A DNA stretch of 25,533 nt from Acidobacteriota bacterium (GTDB lineage: Bacteria > Acidobacteriota > UBA6911 > RPQK01 > JAPXNP01), in assembly GCA_035514675.1 (NCBI GenBank), contig DATKAT010000035.1, positions 1 to 25,533 on the forward strand, in the 5' to 3' direction. This document shows positions 1 through 8,922 of this stretch, in pieces. Each line of letters opens with the position of its first letter. Position 1 is the first letter of the stretch. The notes beneath the pieces were generated by a model. It did no database searches and was not told the DNA's origin. It was given only the letters and a program-made list of their open reading frames with translations. A program made the position numbers and the translations under genes.

Positions 1-1
1 C

Positions 2-265
2 GTTTCGGGGATTGCGATTCTCGGACACCCGGACAATTTCCGTTTCCCTCAGCCGCTTCGAATTCACACCGGGTATCCCTATTTCGCATTCGCTCCGCAG
101 CGGATGGGTTCGATGGCGATCCAGCCGGGATCCACCTATCGGAGCCGATTTCGGTTCGTGGTGTTTGACGGACCAGCGGATACCGAATTGCTGGAAAGGC
201 TGTGGGGCGATTTCGCTGATCCAGCCGCCATCCGAATCGTCGATCCGGACGCGGAACGCAAATAG
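2..265 (+). CDS. 3' end of a gene entering from the left edge; resembles the PmoA-like/DUF6807 (PF14100) family
   Basis: Not in the ORF track. Frame 2 is open from base 2 to TAG at 263-265 and reads VSGIAILGHPDNFRFPQPLRIHTGYPYFAFAPQRMGSMAIQPGSTYRSRFRFVVFDGPADTELLERLWGDFADPAAIRIVDPDAERK*. The GIAILxHPxN..P and YxxRFRFVVxDG segments match my recollection of this family's C-terminus. Confidence 0.6.
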   Translation, partial: VSGIAILGHPDNFRFPQPLRIHTGYPYFAFAPQRMGSMAIQPGSTYRSRFRFVVFDGPADTELLERLWGDFADPAAIRIVDPDAERK

Positions 266-380
266 GCCGGCCGATCCGAACAGGGCGTTTAATCGAGTCG
301 CGATTCGCGATGGCTGAACCGTCGTAAATCGCCCCGGCGATCCGAGCCATGAGTTGCGGAACCGGCGCCTGCCTCCCGGA

Positions 381-1667
381 TCAGGTAGCCCTTCCCTCCG
401 GATACAGTCCGTCCGGAATCTCCAGGGCCGCCTGCTGCGTGACCGCTTCATGTCCCAGCGCGGTGGCTACGGCCGCATTCATTCCCTCGACGCCGTCGCA
501 GAGGTTGGGCGCGCCGTTGCGGATCGTGCGCGCGAAACCTTCCAGCTCCAGCCGGTAGGCCGTCAGGGCGTTAAAGGACACGCCGTCGCCGGTGACGGTA
601 GCTCCTGCGGCGTCCAATGCACGACTGGCCGAAGCCTGCATCACTGGCGCGTCCGCTTCAATGGTCTGCGTTCTGAGCTCCGTCGGCTCGTGGCCGCCTT
701 CGTAAAAGAGCATGGCGTCGCGCTCGCCGCTCAGCAGAATCGTTCCCTTCGTGCCCATGATCGCCTCGTAGTAGTGGTCCCAGGCGTTGGACTGGATCGA
801 CGAATAGCTGAAGGTCAGGTTCTCCGGGTACTCGTAAATCAGGTAAACGTGATCCGGAAGCTCTCTTCCATCCTGAAAGCGCTGGACGCCGCCGGTCCCG
901 TACACTTTTTGGGGAACCCGCTCGAAAAACCAGTTGACGACCTGCAGTTGGTGACTGCCCAGCTCGGCCATCAGTCCCAGCGAATACTTGTTGTAAAGCC
1001 GCCAGTTCGTCAAGTGCTCGAGGTCGGGGTAGCCCCACGGGCTCGGGTCGAATTCCACCTCCGGAACCCGCCGCCTCCAGTCGTTGTTTCGGTGCCAGAC
1101 GGCGCGGACGTGATAGACGTCTCCGATGACTCCGTTGTCGATCAGATTCTTGGCTTCCTGATACAGGGGATTGTAATTGCGCTGATGGCCGATCTGCAGG
1201 TTTCGTCTGGCGGACCGGGCGGCCTGAATCATCTGGTCGCATTCGTCGACGGTCTTGGCCATGTTTTTTTCGCAGAACACGTGCTTTCCGGCCTGCAGCG
1301 CCTCGACAGTCATGGGACCGTGCAGCCACAGAGGGGAAGCGATGATGACGGCCTCCAGATCCCTGCGCTCCAGCAGCCGCCGATAATCCTGGTACCCTTC
1401 GGCATACGGGTCATGCCGTTCCTGAGCGATCTTGAGGCCGCGTTCCAAATGCGAAGGAAGGATGTCGGCCACGGCCGAAATCCGGATGTGGGTCGGGGGA
1501 CAGTTCTCCAGCAGTACGCCTCCCTGTCCGCCGATTCCGATGACGCCTGCCTTGACCGGCGTCATCGACGTAGCCTTCCAGATCAGGCTGGCTGCAACCG
1601 GCGTGGCCGCCACGGCCTTCAAGAAGTTTCTTCGCCCGATTTTCTGTTGTTCTTCGGTCAGGTTCAC
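381..1667 (-). CDS. Gfo/Idh/MocA family oxidoreductase with twin-arginine signal (428 aa)
   Basis: GTG start with GGAG upstream. N-terminal GRRNFLK plus hydrophobic stretch; Rossmann motif AGVIGIGGQG; IASPLWLH; EKNMA in place of EKP; ELGSH. Confidence 0.9.
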   Translation of the reverse strand: MNLTEEQQKIGRRNFLKAVAATPVAASLIWKATSMTPVKAGVIGIGGQGGVLLENCPPTHIRISAVADILPSHLERGLKIAQERHDPYAEGYQDYRRLLERRDLEAVIIASPLWLHGPMTVEALQAGKHVFCEKNMAKTVDECDQMIQAARSARRNLQIGHQRNYNPLYQEAKNLIDNGVIGDVYHVRAVWHRNNDWRRRVPEVEFDPSPWGYPDLEHLTNWRLYNKYSLGLMAELGSHQLQVVNWFFERVPQKVYGTGGVQRFQDGRELPDHVYLIYEYPENLTFSYSSIQSNAWDHYYEAIMGTKGTILLSGERDAMLFYEGGHEPTELRTQTIEADAPVMQASASRALDAAGATVTGDGVSFNALTAYRLELEGFARTIRNGAPNLCDGVEGMNAAVATALGHEAVTQQAALEIPDGLYPEGRAT

Positions 1668-1679
1668 GGTCGGTTTCTC

Positions 1680-2147
1680 CTAGCGTCTGCGGATAATATC
1701 CAATCCTATCATACGACCCGTGGGCAAGGCAGCCAGCACCCAAAGCGCCAGAACTTCGATCAGGTTCTTGTCCACCCAGAGTTCGGTACCCTGTGGTCCG
1801 GGCGTGACGAATCCGGTGTAATCGAGTGGCGGCAACGCTAGATAGAAAAGTAGCACGAGGAATCCGCCCAGCAGAGCGGCAATCCGGGTAAACAGCCCCA
1901 CCATCAGCAGAACGCCCAGAATCATCAACCCCCAGATCACGACGATGTCCGCTATCGCCAGCAGAACCGGCTGATTCGCGATCCACGCAAAGAGGCCCCA
2001 GGAAGCTCTCAGGAACCCGGCAGAGCTCCACTCCACGGCCACTACTTTTCCGAAGCCCTGGTAGAAGAGATGCCACCCGATGGCGAAGCGGAGCGTTACC
2101 AGCAGAATCAGTTGCGGCATCGAAAACGAAGACGCGGGCAGGCTCAA
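1680..2147 (-). CDS. DoxX/DoxD-family membrane protein (155 aa)
   Basis: RFAIGWHLFYQGFGKV, GVLLMVGLFTRIAA and WVDKNLIE motifs; about four hydrophobic segments; TTG start overlaps the apbE stop (TTGA) with GGAGG upstream. Confidence 0.85.
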   Translation of the reverse strand: MSLPASSFSMPQLILLVTLRFAIGWHLFYQGFGKVVAVEWSSAGFLRASWGLFAWIANQPVLLAIADIVVIWGLMILGVLLMVGLFTRIAALLGGFLVLLFYLALPPLDYTGFVTPGPQGTELWVDKNLIEVLALWVLAALPTGRMIGLDIIRRR

Positions 2148-3175
2148 ATTTCCACCTCCGAAAGTTCCAGGAGGGACCCCCTCAGCGCGCCGAATCGCTG
2201 ATACAGAAACTCCCCCCCATCGCTCTCTTCTACCACGAGCGCGCCGATTTCGGAATTCCTTTCGCAGAATTCGTTGATTTCAGACGAAGAGAGCACGAAA
2301 AAAGCCGTCGCCAAGGCGTCGGCCCGAGCCGCCTCCGGGGCGACCACCGAGGCCAGCGCCCGATTTTCGACGGGCCATCCCGTTCGCGGGTCCAGAATGT
2401 GCCCGTACCGCTTCCCCCCATGCTCGAAGAACTGCTGATTGAGTCCAGAGGTCGCCAGCGCCTGATTCCGCAGCCTCACCCGAGCCACCGCCGTATCCGG
2501 CAGCCACGGGTGCGCAATCTCGACGTTCCATCCCGAATCCGGGCTTCCCGAGTCGCCCCAGGCCAGCATGCTGCTGTGGCCGGCATGCAGCAGAGCCGCT
2601 GAAAGCCCCGCCTCCTGCAGCACTGCCGCGGCCTGGTCCAGCGCGTATCCCTTGCCGATGCTTCCCAGATTGATTTCCATACCCGGTCGATTCAATCGAA
2701 CCGTCCCTTTCTTCGCGTCCAGATCGATCCGCCGGAAGTCTACATGCCGCAGCGCTTCAGAGATTTCTTCCGGGCTGGGCATCCGCCCCTTTCGCCTGTG
2801 AAATCCCCAGCAGCGCCACAGAGGGCTGGCAGAGATGTCGAACGCCCCGGCTGTCGCCCGGCAATGATCGAGCGCCTGTGAGAGAACGTCCACACAATCG
2901 GGGCCGAGCTCCAAAGGTCCTTCGGCGGCCAGGCGATTGATCCTTCCCAGATCGGAGTCCTCGCGAAAGTAGGACAGGCGGGCCTCCAGTTCCTGCACTC
3001 GGTTCAGGGCCAGATGCGCCGCCTCCATGCAGCTGCGGTCTTCGGCGCGGATTACGACCTCGAAAAGGCAGGCCATCGCCCGACGCCCGGCCCGAATCAG
3101 GCGGAGCGGGCCGTCCGGCAGAGGAGCCGACCGCGCCTGCAAGAATTCTCTCCGGGTTCGCCGCTTCGCATTCAT
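2144..3175 (-). CDS. apbE: FAD:protein FMN transferase (ApbE family), 343 aa
   Basis: INLGSIGKGYALD, ATSG, YGHILDPRTGWP and ADALATAF motifs. Confidence 0.92.
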   Translation of the reverse strand: MNAKRRTRREFLQARSAPLPDGPLRLIRAGRRAMACLFEVVIRAEDRSCMEAAHLALNRVQELEARLSYFREDSDLGRINRLAAEGPLELGPDCVDVLSQALDHCRATAGAFDISASPLWRCWGFHRRKGRMPSPEEISEALRHVDFRRIDLDAKKGTVRLNRPGMEINLGSIGKGYALDQAAAVLQEAGLSAALLHAGHSSMLAWGDSGSPDSGWNVEIAHPWLPDTAVARVRLRNQALATSGLNQQFFEHGGKRYGHILDPRTGWPVENRALASVVAPEAARADALATAFFVLSSSEINEFCERNSEIGALVVEESDGGEFLYQRFGALRGSLLELSEVEI

Positions 3176-3267
3176 CCGACCGTTGCTTCCTTTCGCCTCC
3201 TCACTACTTTAGCGCAGCCGCGGATTCCTCAGGATTTCTGGCTCCGAGACCGCTCGGACGGCCCCAC

Positions 3268-3296
3268 TTGCGAACAGGCGCCGCCTTGAACATAAT
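3268..3296 (+). promoter_or_regulatory. Putative sigma70 promoter for xylB-xylA
   Basis: TTGCGA (3268-3273), 17-nt spacer, CATAAT (3291-3296), ending 14 nt before the xylB ATG. Confidence 0.4.
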
Positions 3297-3310
3297 CGGC
3301 AAGCTGAACG

Positions 3311-4831
3311 ATGCGCTTTCTTGGAATCGATTGCGGAACGCAGAGCTTAAAGCTGTTGGCCTGGGATCCCGAAAAGCGGAAGTCCTGGTCGACGTCGGAG
3401 GAATACGGTCTGATCCAGGGGCTTCGGCCGGGTCATAAGGAGCAGGATCCTCAGGTCTGGATCCAGGCTCTGGAGACCTGTTTTGCAAAGTTCCGCCGTG
3501 AAGGCTTCGATTTCACCCGGATCGAGGGAGTGGGCGTTTCGGGGCAGCAGCACGGACTGGTGGTTCTGGACGACTCCGATCGGGTGATTCGCCCCGCCAA
3601 GCTCTGGAACGACACCAGCACGCAGCCGCAATGCGCTGCGGTCGTGGAACGGGCCGGCGGCCCGCAGGCCTACCAGCGCGAAATCGGAAATTTGCTGCCG
3701 CCGGGATTCACCGCCTCCAAACTCCTCTGGCTGAAGGAAAATGAGCCCAACAACTATCGGCAGGTGCGAACCTTCTTCCTTCCACACGACTACTTGAACT
3801 TTTATCTGACCGGCGAAAAGACGGCGGAACCGGGCGACGCCTCCGGAACCGGCTACTTTCAGGTGGCGGAACGGCAATGGTCGCTTCGAGCTCTGAAATG
3901 GATCGACCCGGAGCGCGACCTGAGCCAAGGCCTTCCGCGTTTGATAGCTTCTGCCGAACCGGCCGGCGAAGTGCGATCGCAGCTTCAAAAGAAATGGGGC
4001 TTCTCCAAGGGAGTCACGGTCAGCTCCGGGGGCGGCGACAACATGATGGGCGCCATTGGAACCGGCAACGTCGAGCCCGGCGTGCTCACCGTGAGCCTGG
4101 GCACGTCCGGTACGATTTACGCGTACAGTGAATCCCCGGTGATCGATCCCGCCGGCGAAATCGCCGCGTTTTGCGACAGCACGGGCGGCTGGCTTCCGCT
4201 GGGGTGTACGATGAACGTTACCGTCGCGACCGAGATGGTTCGCAAGCAGCTGCTTCAGGTGGACCACCCGAGATCGGAACGGCTTGCGGCATCGGTTCCC
4301 GCGGGATCCGACGGGCTCCTGCTGCTCCCCTATTTGGAAGGCGAGCGGATGCCGAACGTGCCCGCGGGAACGGGCGTGCTGCTCGGCCTCCGACCGTCGA
4401 GCTGCACTCCCGGTCATCTGGCGCGCGCAGCGATGGAAGGGGTGACGTTCGGCTTGAGGTTCGGCAGAAAACGCTTGGAGACGCTGGGCGTGTCAAGCGA
4501 CGAGATCCGCTTGACGGGAGGCGGAGCGCGCAGCCCCCTGTGGCGGCAGATCGTCGCCGACATCTTCGGATTGCCGGCGGTCTGTCCAGCCGATCTGGAG
4601 GGCCCGGCCTTCGGCGCCGCCCTGCAGGCGTTCTGGCGCCGGAGCGGCGAAGAGATGCGCCAGGTCAGCCGCAATCATCTGAAATTGGATGAATCGACCC
4701 GGTGCCGGCCGGACAAAGTTCGCGCAGATCTCTACGATCGCTTGTTTGAAGTTTATCAACGCTTGTCCGTTCAGTTGATCCAGAGCGACGTATTCCCCGC
4801 TCATCGATCGTTTATTCAAGGACGGACCTGA
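3311..4831 (+). CDS. xylB: Xylulokinase (FGGY family), 506 aa
   Basis: [40 protein letters not shown] and SLGTSGT motifs; directly upstream of xylose isomerase. Confidence 0.93.
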   Translation: MRFLGIDCGTQSLKLLAWDPEKRKSWSTSEEYGLIQGLRPGHKEQDPQVWIQALETCFAKFRREGFDFTRIEGVGVSGQQHGLVVLDDSDRVIRPAKLWNDTSTQPQCAAVVERAGGPQAYQREIGNLLPPGFTASKLLWLKENEPNNYRQVRTFFLPHDYLNFYLTGEKTAEPGDASGTGYFQVAERQWSLRALKWIDPERDLSQGLPRLIASAEPAGEVRSQLQKKWGFSKGVTVSSGGGDNMMGAIGTGNVEPGVLTVSLGTSGTIYAYSESPVIDPAGEIAAFCDSTGGWLPLGCTMNVTVATEMVRKQLLQVDHPRSERLAASVPAGSDGLLLLPYLEGERMPNVPAGTGVLLGLRPSSCTPGHLARAAMEGVTFGLRFGRKRLETLGVSSDEIRLTGGGARSPLWRQIVADIFGLPAVCPADLEGPAFGAALQAFWRRSGEEMRQVSRNHLKLDESTRCRPDKVRADLYDRLFEVYQRLSVQLIQSDVFPAHRSFIQGRT

Positions 4832-4848
4832 ATCGCAAAGGAGTTCTC

Positions 4849-6015
4849 ATGGCTGACTACGCGCCCCGCCCGGAACACAAGTTCACCTTCGGCCTCTGGA
4901 CGGTCGGAAATCCCGGTCGGGACCCGTTCGGGGAAGCCGTCAGATCGGCGCCCTCGCCGGTCGAAATCGTCCGCATGCTGGGCGAGCTGGGGGCGTGGGG
5001 AGTGAATTTTCACGACAACGACCTGGTTCCCATCGATGCATCGGCCGCCGAACGCCACCGGATCGTCCGCGACTTTCAGAGGACCCTGGACGAGTCGGGC
5101 GTGCGCGTTCCGATGGCCACCACCAATCTGTTTTCAGACCCGGTGTTCAAAGACGGCGCTTTTACGTCGAACGACGCCGATATTCGGGCCTACGCTCTTC
5201 AGAAGACGATGAACGCCATCGATCTGGGAGTCGAGCTGGGCGCCGGAGTGTACGTTTTCTGGGGAGGCCGCGAGGGGGCGGAAGTGGACGCCGCCAAGGA
5301 CGCAGCGGAAGCTCTGAAGCGGATGCGCGAGTGCATGAATTTTCTAATCGCTTACGTGAAAGATCAGGGCTACGATCTGAAATTCGCATTGGAAGCAAAG
5401 CCGAACGAACCCCGGGGAGACATCTATCTGGCGACCACCGGCCACATGCTGGCTTTTATCGAGACGCTGGACGATCCCGAAATGGTGGGAGTCAATCCGG
5501 AAATGGCGCACGAGCAAATGGCGGGGTTGAACTTCTACCACAATCTCGCCCAGGCATGGGATGCCGGAAAGCTGTTTCACGTCGACTTGAACGATCAGAA
5601 GCCGGGTCGCTTCGATCAGGACCTTCGCTTCGGTTCCGAAAACGTCAAGGCCTGCTTTTTCCTCGTGAAATTTCTCGAAGACGTCGGATACGAAGGCTCT
5701 CGACACTTCGACGCCCACGCATACCGGAGCGAGGATTTGGCCGGCGTTCGCGACTTCGCGGCCGGATGCATGCGCACCTACCTGATCCTGAAGGAGAAAG
5801 CCCGGAGGTTTCGCGAGGACCGGGAGATTCAGCAGATTCTGGAAGAACTGAACTCGGCGGATTCCCCATGGGCACCCATAATGCGGCAGTATTCCCGCGA
5901 AAACGCCCGCCTGATCAGGGAAGCCTCGCTGGACCGCAAGGAGCTGGCAAGCCGGCCACTTCCCTACGAACGCCTCGATCAACTGGTCGTGGAGCTGCTC
6001 ATGGGCGTGCGGTAG
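4849..6015 (+). CDS. xylA: Xylose isomerase, short class I (Thermus/Streptomyces-like), 388 aa
   Basis: [47 protein letters not shown] and HFDAH motifs; AAGGAG SD. Confidence 0.96.
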   Translation: MADYAPRPEHKFTFGLWTVGNPGRDPFGEAVRSAPSPVEIVRMLGELGAWGVNFHDNDLVPIDASAAERHRIVRDFQRTLDESGVRVPMATTNLFSDPVFKDGAFTSNDADIRAYALQKTMNAIDLGVELGAGVYVFWGGREGAEVDAAKDAAEALKRMRECMNFLIAYVKDQGYDLKFALEAKPNEPRGDIYLATTGHMLAFIETLDDPEMVGVNPEMAHEQMAGLNFYHNLAQAWDAGKLFHVDLNDQKPGRFDQDLRFGSENVKACFFLVKFLEDVGYEGSRHFDAHAYRSEDLAGVRDFAAGCMRTYLILKEKARRFREDREIQQILEELNSADSPWAPIMRQYSRENARLIREASLDRKELASRPLPYERLDQLVVELLMGVR

Positions 6016-6059
6016 AACCGAGCGTCCTGCCGGTCTCGCGGGCTGGAAGCCCGCGCTCC
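6012..6059. repeat. REP-like inverted doublet
   Basis: Plus strand GTAG+AACCGAGCGTCCTGCCGGT from 6012; minus strand GGAG+CGCGGGCTTCCAGCCCGCG at 6059-6037. Confidence 0.7.
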
Positions 6060-6104
6060 AAGTTCTGCCTCCAAATCGCGCGGAACGAAGAACGCGGGAC
6101 GCCC

Positions 6105-7379
6105 TCACACCGGCTTCGAATCGACGTCTTCGTGGTAGTCGGAGCCGGAGGAGTTCATTGCGGACAGCGGACTTGACTCGTCCTGGAGCAGATCGACCGC
6201 CACCTCTTGCTGCCGGGAGATGAGTTTTTGCGCCCACTCTCGTTCTTCTTCGGGTCGATTCAGGATGAATGCGGCGACGACCCGGCACCCTTTGAGCCAC
6301 CAGGCGCTGAAGCGGCCGTCCTCGATCGATCCCCGCACGACTTTACGATCGGCGCCGGAGGCGTCTCCCCAGAATTCGAAGGAAAGATCGAACATGTCGG
6401 AAAAGAAGTGCGGCACTCGCAGGAACGGCTCGCGCAGGCCGGTCATTCTTCGCGCCAGGTATTGTCCCTGAGCCACCGCGTTGTCCCAGTGCTCGACCCG
6501 CCGTGTGGTGTCGAAGAGTTGATCTCGATATCGCGCTACGTCGCCGGCGGCGAACACGCCCTCGAGATTGGTCTCCAGGAACTCGTTGACGAGAACTCCG
6601 TCGCCCACCTTCAGCCGGGAGCCATCGAACAAACGGGTGGAGGGCTGCACTCCGATTCCCGCAACGACGGCGTCTGCCCGCAGAATCTCGCCGCTCTCCA
6701 GCTTAACTTCCCGAACGCGGCCCAGCCCGCCCAGTGAAGCGACCGCGTCGTTGCGTTGGAACCGCACGCCTCGCTCCTTGAAGGGGCCTTCGATGAATCC
6801 CGCGATGTCGTCCGAGAAGACGTGGCGCAGGAGGCGGTCTCCACGGAAGACGACGGTCGGCTCCAGGCCTCTCCGAGCCAACGTCGCCGCCACTTCCAAG
6901 GCGATGAAGCCCCCGCCTACGACCACCGCGTTCTCAACCTCCTCCAGCCGGCTTCGGAGCCGCGAGGAGTCCTCGATGGAGCGAATGTAATAAACGCCCT
7001 TCAGATCGTAGCCGTGGCAGTCCAGTTCCCGAACCTGACAGCCGGTGGCGATGACCAGGTTTTCATATTCGATCACTTGACGCTTGTCCCGACCGAGCAG
7101 CCGTCGGTTGGGCAAGTCGACCTCTTCCACACGCCGTTCCGTCAACAGCCGGACGCCGTTTTTTTCGTAAAACTCCCTGGGGTTGATCAGAATTCCGTCG
7201 GCAGAGGCATTCGGGTCGGCCAGAAAATCCTTAGTCAAGGGCGGACGTTCATAGGGCGGTTCGCTTTCCGCCGACACGATGGCCAGTTCGTCCTTCTTGA
7301 CGCCGCGCGCAACGAATTCCCTGGCCGCGTAGCCGGCGACCATTCCCCCGCCCAGAATGACGAATTTGAATCGGTTCAT
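6105..7379 (-). CDS. FAD/NAD(P)H-dependent oxidoreductase, ferredoxin reductase / monodehydroascorbate reductase-like (424 aa)
   Basis: Start moved to MNRFKFVILGGG at 7379 because the upstream extension crosses REP DNA. Motifs YERPPLTK, VVVGGGFIALE, AAGDVA, RVEHWDNA, PHFFSDMFD. Confidence 0.88.
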   Translation of the reverse strand: MNRFKFVILGGGMVAGYAAREFVARGVKKDELAIVSAESEPPYERPPLTKDFLADPNASADGILINPREFYEKNGVRLLTERRVEEVDLPNRRLLGRDKRQVIEYENLVIATGCQVRELDCHGYDLKGVYYIRSIEDSSRLRSRLEEVENAVVVGGGFIALEVAATLARRGLEPTVVFRGDRLLRHVFSDDIAGFIEGPFKERGVRFQRNDAVASLGGLGRVREVKLESGEILRADAVVAGIGVQPSTRLFDGSRLKVGDGVLVNEFLETNLEGVFAAGDVARYRDQLFDTTRRVEHWDNAVAQGQYLARRMTGLREPFLRVPHFFSDMFDLSFEFWGDASGADRKVVRGSIEDGRFSAWWLKGCRVVAAFILNRPEEEREWAQKLISRQQEVAVDLLQDESSPLSAMNSSGSDYHEDVDSKPV

Positions 7380-7482
7380 CGAATCGGCTCTTCGGCCCGC
7401 GCCCCCGGGAATCGCTCCCCCGGCGCAGCTCCGACGCTCCAAGTCGGCACCGTTCCAGAATACCGTAGATCGAAGCGATCCG

Positions 7483-7539
7483 GTAGGAACAGCATCCTTG
7501 CCGGTCATTTCCAAATCGCCGGCTGGAAGCCGGCGCCAC
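7483..7539. repeat. REP-like inverted doublet
   Basis: Plus strand GTAG+GAACAGCATCCTTGCCGGTC at 7483-7506; minus strand GTGG+CGCCGGCTTCCAGCCGGCG at 7539-7517. Confidence 0.75.
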
Positions 7540-7541
7540 GT

Positions 7542-8666
7542 CTACTTCACTTTGACCCACTTCTTTGATTTCGCCGACTCTTCCATGGCGTGGAGCACCT
7601 TCTGATTCTTCACCCCGTCCTCGAAATTAGGAGACGGAATCGTTCCTTCATGAACCGCCTTCAGCAGGTCGTAGACGGTATGCGTAAAGGTATGCTCGTA
7701 CCCGATGATATGACCCGGAGGCCACCACGCGCCGAAATAGGGATGCGCCGACTCGGTGACCAGGATTGTGCGGAAACCCTGGCTGTATACCGGGTCGTCA
7801 GTGAGATACAGCTCGAGTTCATTCATCCGCTCCAGGTTGAAGGCCAGGCTTCCCTTGCTGCCGTTGATTTCGAAGCGATTGTAGTTCTTTCGCCCCGTGG
7901 CGAACCGGGAGGCCTCGATCGTGCCGAGCGCTCCGTTTTGAAATCGAACGATGGCGGCCGAGGCGTCATCGACGGTGACCTTCCCCATTTTCCGAGGCCG
8001 ATCCGGAAGCGGACGTTCTTTGATAAAGGTTTGGAGGGCGGCCGAAACTTCCAAGATCTCTCCAACCAGGTATCTTGCCAGGTCGATCGAATGGGAGCCG
8101 ATATCTCCCAGGGCGCCCGACCCCGCCTTCTTCCTGTCCAGGCGCCAGACCAGGGGAAACTTCGGATCGACGATCCAGTCTTGCAGATAGGTCCCGCGAT
8201 AATGATACAAGTCGCCGAGGCGGCCTTCTTCGATCAACTGCCTTGCCAGGGCTACGGCGGGCGCCTTTCGATAGTTGTGGCAGATCATGTGGGTGGCCTT
8301 GGCCTTCTGCACGGCCTTGTACATCGTGACGGCCTCGTCGACGGTGTTGGCGAGCGGCTTTTCGCAGAAGACGATTTTTCCCGCGCGCGCGGCCGCAACG
8401 GCGATTTCGGCGTGCGTGTCGCCGGGCGTGCAAATGTCGATCAAGTCGATGTCGTCCCGCTGCACTGCTCTTCGCCAATCGGTTTCCACTTCCTGCCATC
8501 CGTATTGTCGAGCGGCCTTTTTCGCCTGTTTCTCATCCCGCCCGCAGATCACCTTCATGACCGGTTCGATCGGCGGACCGAAAAACGCCTTCACTTGCCG
8601 ATAGGCGTTGCTGTGAGCTTTCCCCATGAATGCGTACCCGATCATCGCTACATTGATTTTGTTCAT
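7542..8666 (-). CDS. Cytoplasmic Gfo/Idh/MocA oxidoreductase (374 aa)
   Basis: Start moved to [15 protein letters not shown] at 8666, with GAGGAG SD. Canonical EKPLA and GALGDIGSH motifs; [14 protein letters not shown]. Confidence 0.92.
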   Translation of the reverse strand: MNKINVAMIGYAFMGKAHSNAYRQVKAFFGPPIEPVMKVICGRDEKQAKKAARQYGWQEVETDWRRAVQRDDIDLIDICTPGDTHAEIAVAAARAGKIVFCEKPLANTVDEAVTMYKAVQKAKATHMICHNYRKAPAVALARQLIEEGRLGDLYHYRGTYLQDWIVDPKFPLVWRLDRKKAGSGALGDIGSHSIDLARYLVGEILEVSAALQTFIKERPLPDRPRKMGKVTVDDASAAIVRFQNGALGTIEASRFATGRKNYNRFEINGSKGSLAFNLERMNELELYLTDDPVYSQGFRTILVTESAHPYFGAWWPPGHIIGYEHTFTHTVYDLLKAVHEGTIPSPNFEDGVKNQKVLHAMEESAKSKKWVKVK

Positions 8667-8802
8667 TCGCTCCTCGCTTTCCCGCCCCCACGGCGGATTG
8701 ACCAGCTTTCGGCGGAAACGGCTGCGCCGAGGCGGCAAAGACCGAACCCGCCGGAAACCGGGACTCACTCCCAGACCGCGGATTCAACCGCTTGCATTGG
8801 AA

Positions 8803-8831
8803 AGTTTATGCACCATTCCGGACGGAGTCCA
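8803..8831 (-). promoter_or_regulatory. Possible promoter for the Gfo gene starting at 8666
   Basis: Minus strand TGGACT-N17-TAAACT; overlaps a TGCAT-N10-ATGCA inverted repeat at 8793-8812. Confidence 0.3.
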
Positions 8832-8922
8832 CCGATCCCGCTACGCGGCCCCTTCAGGCATCTCCGAATCCCACCCCGTTTCGCTTTCGCATTCTCTTCA
8901 GATCTGATTAAATAAAAGCATT

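Noticed and set aside
12-317. 101-aa ORF from the track, and an open minus-strand frame from ATG 350 to the left edge
   Set aside because: Both translate to Arg/Pro/Ser-rich non-protein-like sequence. Frame +2 (2-265) gives a recognisable protein C-terminus instead.
266-380. Hairpin ATCGCC-CC-GGCGAT between convergent genes as an intrinsic terminator
   Set aside because: Short stem with a 2-nt loop and no U-tract on either strand.
7380-7514. N-terminal extension of the reductase ORF (and similar extensions at 8667-8768, 9539-9616, 11083-11295, 21980-22462, 22328-22456)
   Set aside because: The extensions run through repeats, intergenic DNA or neighbouring genes. Family-typical N-termini or SD sites point to the downstream starts.
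8798-8812. Possible sigma54 promoter TGGAAAGTTTATGCA
   Set aside because: The GG-to-GC spacing is one base short of the strict -24/-12 requirement.
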